Assembly: GCA_963662665.2 (NCBI GenBank)
Contig: CAXXJS010000051.1
Location: 19,222-83,221 of the forward strand
DNA length: 64,000 nucleotides
Direction: 5' to 3'
Source: Candidatus Latescibacterota bacterium
GTDB taxonomy: Bacteria > Latescibacterota > UBA2968 > GCA-2709665
Numbering within the stretch: position 1 is the stretch's first letter; each line of letters starts with the position of its first letter. The translations under genes were made by a program, and so were the position numbers. The notes beneath the pieces were generated by a model. It was not told the origin of the DNA. It saw nothing but the letters and a program-made list of their open reading frames with translations, and did no database searches. Positions 59,135-64,000 of the stretch are shown piece after piece.

Positions 59135-59575
59135 TTATTCTTCTTCTCTGAGCATCTCCACCAGCATCTCCAGCGCCGCGATATAACCCCGCCATTTGAA
59201 TCCGGCAACCTGCCCCACCACGACGTCCGAAAAGCAGGAGTGCCGCCGAAACGCTTCCCGGGCATGAATATTGGACAGATGCACCTCCACCGCAGGCAGC
59301 CGGCTGTCTTCGATCGAATCCCTCAGTGAATATCCGAAACCCGTCAGCCCCGCCGGATTGAGAATGATCCCCTGTACGCGATCCCTCTCGGCCTGGACCC
59401 TATCGACGAGAACGCCTTCGTGGTTGGACTGCAGGAACGCCAACTCGCAATCCAGCACGCGCGCCCGCTCCGACATCCTGGAGTGGATCACGTCCAGCGT
59501 GACCAGACCGTAATGGGCCGCCTTCCGTTTGCCCAGCATATTCAGGTTCGGTCCCTGGAGCACAAGTATCTTCAT
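59135..59575 (-). CDS. aroQ: Type II 3-dehydroquinate dehydratase
   Basis: GPNLNMLG.R...YG, QSNHEG, NPAG, EVHLSNIHAREAFR. Confidence 0.95.
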   Translation of the reverse strand: MKILVLQGPNLNMLGKRKAAHYGLVTLDVIHSRMSERARVLDCELAFLQSNHEGVLVDRVQAERDRVQGIILNPAGLTGFGYSLRDSIEDSRLPAVEVHLSNIHAREAFRRHSCFSDVVVGQVAGFKWRGYIAALEMLVEMLREEE

Positions 59576-59698
59576 GACGACTTCTCCGTTGTCCAGTCCC
59601 ACGCGTGGTAACAAGGGTCGCGAAACGCGGTCCGACAAGCCGTTTCGACGGGCTCAACGCAAGCAGTGCAGACTGCGAAAGCAATGACCGCGATTCGA

Positions 59699-60772
59699 CT
59701 AGGTGTATTCTGCGCGATCCTCCTGCAGGGCCGCGACAACGTCTCGGACGCGCTGCGCCCGATCCCGCCTGCAGATCAACAGCGCATCGGGCGTATCCAC
59801 GACGACCAGATCCTCCACGTCCACAAGGGCGATCAATTTACCCTCGACGCCGTAGGCGGTTATATTTCTCGAATTCAGATTCAACACGTCGCCGGAGATC
59901 AGATTGCCCTCCGTGTCGACGGGAAGGACATCGGTCAGCGCGCCCCAGCTGCCAATATCGCTCCAGTCGATATCCGCTTCCAGGGTGGCTACCTTCGGGG
60001 CTCGTTCAATGATGGCGTTGTCAATGGCCACCTCCTTCATACGGGGATACTCCCGTTCGATCGCAGTCCATTCCTCCCCGGTACCCACCGCTGACCGAAT
60101 GCGCATCAGAATACGATGGAGGTCCGGTTCGAACTGTTCGAATAACGCCAGGACGGTTTGCGCCTTCCATACGAACATATTGCTGTTCCAGAGATAGTCG
60201 CCACTCTTCACGTACCGGCTTGCCGTCTGTTCGTCGGGTTTCTCCCTGAATCGCGCCACACGGTACACCGGTTCTCCGTTTACCCGCCTGGCGACCGCTC
60301 CCTTTTGAATATATCCGTACCCCGTTTCCACGCGGGTGGGTCTCACCCCAATCGTAAACAGGGTTTCCGGATCCTCCTCGGCGGCCGCTTCGGCCACCCG
60401 AAGCAGACGGCAGAATTCCTCCGGCTTTCCTATATGGTGGTCCGATCCCAGGCTGGCCACTGTACAGCCGGGGCACCTGCTCTCGAGCAGCACGCATTCG
60501 AGCCCGACGGCCGGGCCGGTATTGCGCAGCGCCGGTTCGACGATAAGGCCGGCCCCGGGCAATTCCGGAAGTTGCTCCCTTACAATGGAGGTCAGCTCGC
60601 TTCCGGTTGAAACGTAAAGGTCCCGGACGCCGACCAGCGGCCGGATCCGGTGTGCGGCCTCCTGCAACATGGTGCGTTCGCCGACCATTCTGTGGAACTG
60701 TTTCGGCCGTGTTGTCCGGCTGAAGGGCCAAAGGCGGGTGCCGAAGCCGCCGGCCCGAATGACGAATTTCAT
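59699..60772 (-). CDS. manC: Mannose-1-phosphate guanylyltransferase
   Basis: AGGFGTRLWPFSR..PKQF, EPALRNTGP, SDH, TGYGYI, FREKP, WSDIGSW. Confidence 0.92.
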   Translation of the reverse strand: MKFVIRAGGFGTRLWPFSRTTRPKQFHRMVGERTMLQEAAHRIRPLVGVRDLYVSTGSELTSIVREQLPELPGAGLIVEPALRNTGPAVGLECVLLESRCPGCTVASLGSDHHIGKPEEFCRLLRVAEAAAEEDPETLFTIGVRPTRVETGYGYIQKGAVARRVNGEPVYRVARFREKPDEQTASRYVKSGDYLWNSNMFVWKAQTVLALFEQFEPDLHRILMRIRSAVGTGEEWTAIEREYPRMKEVAIDNAIIERAPKVATLEADIDWSDIGSWGALTDVLPVDTEGNLISGDVLNLNSRNITAYGVEGKLIALVDVEDLVVVDTPDALLICRRDRAQRVRDVVAALQEDRAEYT

Positions 60773-61302
60773 TGCATTTCCCGTTGCACGGGCAAACGCC
60801 CCAGTGCCGACCGATCCACTTTTACGGCTCTTATGGCGCCACCGCACACGTCGCCTTCCACCGCGAAATATACACCCGAAAATCCGGTTTGATCGGACTG
60901 AAGGACCAGATTGAGAGCATATCCGGCATTCTCCAGGAGGTCCAGATCGTCCACACAGTCCAGCTCGACCCAGTGCAGCCGGCCTTCGCTGCAGGAACCA
61001 AACCCGTCACGGTCCGTCTGTCCCGTGAAGAACACGACGTTAGTAACGCCGCCGTCTTCAGGGCGCGTCAGTACGACACGGATGTCCAGATTTTCGACGT
61101 CCTGCGTTTCAATTCCGGCTTCCTCGCCCAACTCCCGGCGCGCCGCCGCTTCCAGATCGGCCACTTCGTTCGGTTCCACCCGTCCCCCGACTCCTGTCCA
61201 TCGCCCCGGCGCGAACCCCTTGTGAGGAGCGCGCTCGAGTAACAGAACGCGGTTTTTTCGAAACAGAAAAACCGCCACGTAGACGTTGAGACCCACACCC
61301 AT
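60769..61302 (-). CDS. NUDIX hydrolase
   Basis: GGRVEPNE...AAARRELGEEAGI Nudix box. Confidence 0.88.
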   Translation of the reverse strand: MGVGLNVYVAVFLFRKNRVLLLERAPHKGFAPGRWTGVGGRVEPNEVADLEAAARRELGEEAGIETQDVENLDIRVVLTRPEDGGVTNVVFFTGQTDRDGFGSCSEGRLHWVELDCVDDLDLLENAGYALNLVLQSDQTGFSGVYFAVEGDVCGGAIRAVKVDRSALGRLPVQREMQ

Positions 61303-61315
61303 GTCTGCCTTCCAA

Positions 61316-61465
61316 TAGTGTTCTATCCCAGAAACGGGTTGCCTGAATTCGGCCGTCGAGTCGCCCGGCTCGCAAGGCGCCACCGACCTGCGTAAGGTCG
61401 GCCCAACGCCGCGAGACGGGATGAATCGGCGGAAGAGTGGTTAGATTTCTTGGGACAGGACACTG
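61316..61465. mobile_element. MITE family 2, copy B (150 bp)
   Basis: Terminal inverted repeats AGTGTTCTATCCC/GGGACAGGACACT; internal hairpin CCGACC...GGTCGG; both ends shared with 30882-31232. Confidence 0.75.
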
Positions 61466-61489
61466 AACGCCGACCGGCGCTTTTGCAGC

Positions 61490-61520
61490 CGCCTGCCTGT
61501 GCGTTGCACGCAGACAGGCG
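61490..61520. repeat. Short imperfect palindromic element
   Basis: CGCCTGCCTGTGCGT-TGC-ACGCAGACAGGCG. Confidence 0.5.
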
Positions 61521-61568
61521 CGAAGACCGTTGGAAATTCAAAAGCAGCTTCCAGGGACCGACTTCCGG

Positions 61569-62444
61569 TCATACCCGAACAATCGCGCCGGATTGCGAGT
61601 TCAAGAGCAGCCTGAACAGCCTGGCCAGCGTCTGCCGCATTTCGTTGCGAGGCACAATCATATCGACAAACCCGTGCTCCAGAACCTTTTCGGCGCGCTG
61701 GGCCCGGCGGAGCGCCTCCAATTCCTCCTCGCTCACGGAACTACCCGTAATCCGCTCTCCCGTAAAGCCGATCAACGCATTGGGCTCCGCAATATTGATG
61801 TCGCCGATAAGGGCGTAGCTGGCGGATACACCCGCCGTAGTGGGATCGGTCAGGATGGAAATGAACAATAGCCCCGCGTCTGCAAACCGCGCCAGCCTGG
61901 CGTTGATTTTCGCCAGCTGCATCAGGGATAGCGCACTCTCCTGCATCCGGGCGCCTCCTGAGCGACAGATCAGAATAAGGGGTAACCGCTCCGTGATACA
62001 GCGATCTATAAGGCGACAGAACCGCTCGCCCTCCGCCGACGACAGCGTACCCATGATGAACGCAGGTTCGTGGATACCCACGCCGACGCGCCAACCATCG
62101 ATCTTGCCGATGCCGACACAAACCGCCGCATCGAGCCCGGTGGCTTTTCGACCCTCCCGGATCCGATCCACATATCGTTTGCGATCTTCGAAATTCAGCG
62201 GATCGGCGGATTTTACCCCTGTGGCGAATTCCTCGAAGGAGCCGACGTCCAGAATGTGATCAAGATACTCTTTATAGCCGATCCTGAAATGTGCGCCGCA
62301 ATGGGGACAAATCCCGAACTCCTGCCGCACCTGCTTGTTGTAAAGCGTCTGATGGCAGCGTTCGCACTTTATCCACAGATTGTCTGGCATGGTCCGCCGG
62401 ACCAGCGTTTGAATACCCGATTTCAAACGATCGAACCAATTCAC
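61569..62444 (-). CDS. accD: Acetyl-CoA carboxylase carboxyltransferase beta subunit
   Basis: LWIKCERC...CPHC zinc finger, SGGARMQE, DPTTAGVSASYA, AEPNALIGF; GTG start with GAAAGG RBS. Confidence 0.95.
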   Translation of the reverse strand: MNWFDRLKSGIQTLVRRTMPDNLWIKCERCHQTLYNKQVRQEFGICPHCGAHFRIGYKEYLDHILDVGSFEEFATGVKSADPLNFEDRKRYVDRIREGRKATGLDAAVCVGIGKIDGWRVGVGIHEPAFIMGTLSSAEGERFCRLIDRCITERLPLILICRSGGARMQESALSLMQLAKINARLARFADAGLLFISILTDPTTAGVSASYALIGDINIAEPNALIGFTGERITGSSVSEEELEALRRAQRAEKVLEHGFVDMIVPRNEMRQTLARLFRLLLNSQSGAIVRV

Positions 62445-62931
62445 AATTACGTTTCCTTTCAGAACAGTTGTGTACCCGTGTTTCCGCGCTGTTGGAACCC
62501 GCACGGACGGAACGCGAAATATACCCTCATGGGCAGCTTAACACAAGAAAATTAACATATAGAAAACAGTTAGACCGGTGGGGCGCACGGACTTGCGTTT
62601 CTTTCAGACTGCGGATGGCAGCTGGTTAATCTGAAGAGATGCCCCGCAAGTTTCGCCCGGACATATAGATTTTCTGTTGACTTGCTTTCGTGAATCTTAT
62701 AGTTTTCTTTGTAAGATTCACCTATTGACACCTCTGAACGCCCAACCTGCGCTTTGTGTGGATTTCCAGCAATTTGAACGTCGCTGCGGTGGATCGGAAT
62801 CGAGTCCTGCCCCATCGGGAAACCGGCATTCCGAATACCTGAACCCCCTGGCGGAGGCAGGACGTCACGGCGACCCCGGATCGCGATCCGCTTCCGGAAA
62901 TGGCCACACTAACCGAACTGGAAACGATCTT

Positions 62932-63825
62932 GTGCTTACGGAAAGCCTGAAGGTCTTTTGCGACCTTATTGAAAACCAGAGCTTCTCCAAAACCGCGTTG
63001 CTCAACGACGTCAGCCAATCGGCTGTCAGCCAGCAGCTCAAGAGCATCGAAAGACGTCAGGGACGTCTGCTGGTACAGCGGGAGAAGAGACGGCTTTCCC
63101 TTACGGTGGAAGGTGAAATCTTTTACGCCTATGCGCGGGAAATCGTCCGTCGATACGATGAAATGCAACACCGCATACAGTCGCTGAGCGGCGAGGTTTC
63201 CGGTACCGTTCGACTTTCCGCCATATACGGAGTGGGCATGATGGAACTGGGCCCGTTTCTGAAGAACTATATCAAGTCCCATCCGCGAGTCAATCTGCGA
63301 TTGTCTTATGCGCAGGCGAAAAACATCTACGACGACGTCGCAAGCGGCCAGGTCGACCTCGGGGTTGTTGCCTTTCCCCGGCCTCAACGGAACGTGGACG
63401 CTGTCCCGTTCGCGGAAGATCCGATGGTTGTGATCTGCTCGGTATCCAACCCGCTCAGCATGCTGCCGACCGTCAGCCCGGGTCAAATGGGCAAACATCC
63501 ACTTATCCTCTTTACGCGTGAAGCCCCCACCCGGACGGCCATCGACCGTTATTTCCGGAAACACGGCGTGACCCTCCGCCCGGTTATGGAACTGGACCAC
63601 ATCGCTACCCTGATCCATGCGGTAGAAGTCGATATCGGAATTTCCCTCGTGCCTTCATCGGCAATGAAACAGGGACGGTTCAAAGACACCCTTAAAGCGC
63701 TTCCTCTCCGTGGCAAGCCATTGGTACGCCCGCTGGGCGTCCTCAAACGCAAAGGGCGCAGTCTTTCCATGGCCACACAGAAATTGTTCGAAACATTGTC
63801 CCGCGGCAATGGCCACATGGCGTAG
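62932..63825 (+). CDS. LysR-family transcriptional regulator
   Basis: LKVFCDL...SFSKTA...SQSAVSQQLKSIE helix-turn-helix; VDLGVVAFP substrate-binding domain. Confidence 0.92.
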   Translation: MLTESLKVFCDLIENQSFSKTALLNDVSQSAVSQQLKSIERRQGRLLVQREKRRLSLTVEGEIFYAYAREIVRRYDEMQHRIQSLSGEVSGTVRLSAIYGVGMMELGPFLKNYIKSHPRVNLRLSYAQAKNIYDDVASGQVDLGVVAFPRPQRNVDAVPFAEDPMVVICSVSNPLSMLPTVSPGQMGKHPLILFTREAPTRTAIDRYFRKHGVTLRPVMELDHIATLIHAVEVDIGISLVPSSAMKQGRFKDTLKALPLRGKPLVRPLGVLKRKGRSLSMATQKLFETLSRGNGHMA

Positions 63826-63838
63826 ATAAGGAGCGCGA

Positions 63839-64000
63839 ATGTCACTACCGAGCCGGGATGAAGCCCTTCAACTCTTGCGCGAATACACCGGGAATCCGAA
63901 TCTCATCAAGCATATGCTGGCCGTCGAAGCGGCGATGCGGGCCTACGCGCGCAGATTCGGGCAGGACGAGGATCTGTGGGGCATCACGGGGCTGCTGCAT
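63839..64000 (+). CDS. HD/HDIG-domain hydrolase, N-terminus (runs off window)
   Basis: MSLPSRDEALQLL...KHMLAVEAAMRAYA...WGITGLLH; AAGGAG RBS. Confidence 0.85.
   Translation, partial: MSLPSRDEALQLLREYTGNPNLIKHMLAVEAAMRAYARRFGQDEDLWGITGLLH

Overview
GC-rich bacterial chromosomal segment with no rRNA, tRNA, CRISPR array or prophage visible. It runs from a frameshifted recG through an ankyrin gene, a small membrane gene flanked by structured non-coding DNA, and an SLBB/beta-hairpin-repeat/CAP lipoprotein. Next is an imuA-imuB-dnaE2-SRAP SOS mutagenesis operon with a perfect palindrome over its promoter, then a decayed block (MNT, broken HEPN, M16 peptidase pseudogene split by a complete IS1380-family element). 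The middle holds carbohydrate and transport genes (MATE, heparinase II/III, Gfo/Idh/MocA, deacetylase-like, PiT-like, rhaA) and more ankyrin/TPR genes. The main accessory feature is a ~12 kb type I restriction-modification operon. Its hsdM-hsdS and hsdS-hsdR junctions are filled with translationally coupled defence-like cassettes (Mrr, putative PD-(D/E)xK nuclease, HEPN, PIN TA, HEPN-MNT, two HicB-like copies) and relics of earlier insertions (a duplicated hsdR 5' end, a RAYT fragment, REP-like sites). The right end is housekeeping/metabolic (aroQ, manC, accD, LysR). Two MITE families each occur at least twice. The repeat-protein and glycan-lyase content suggests a host-associated lineage such as a sponge symbiont (inference only). 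All calls come from manual motif reading; no database search was run.
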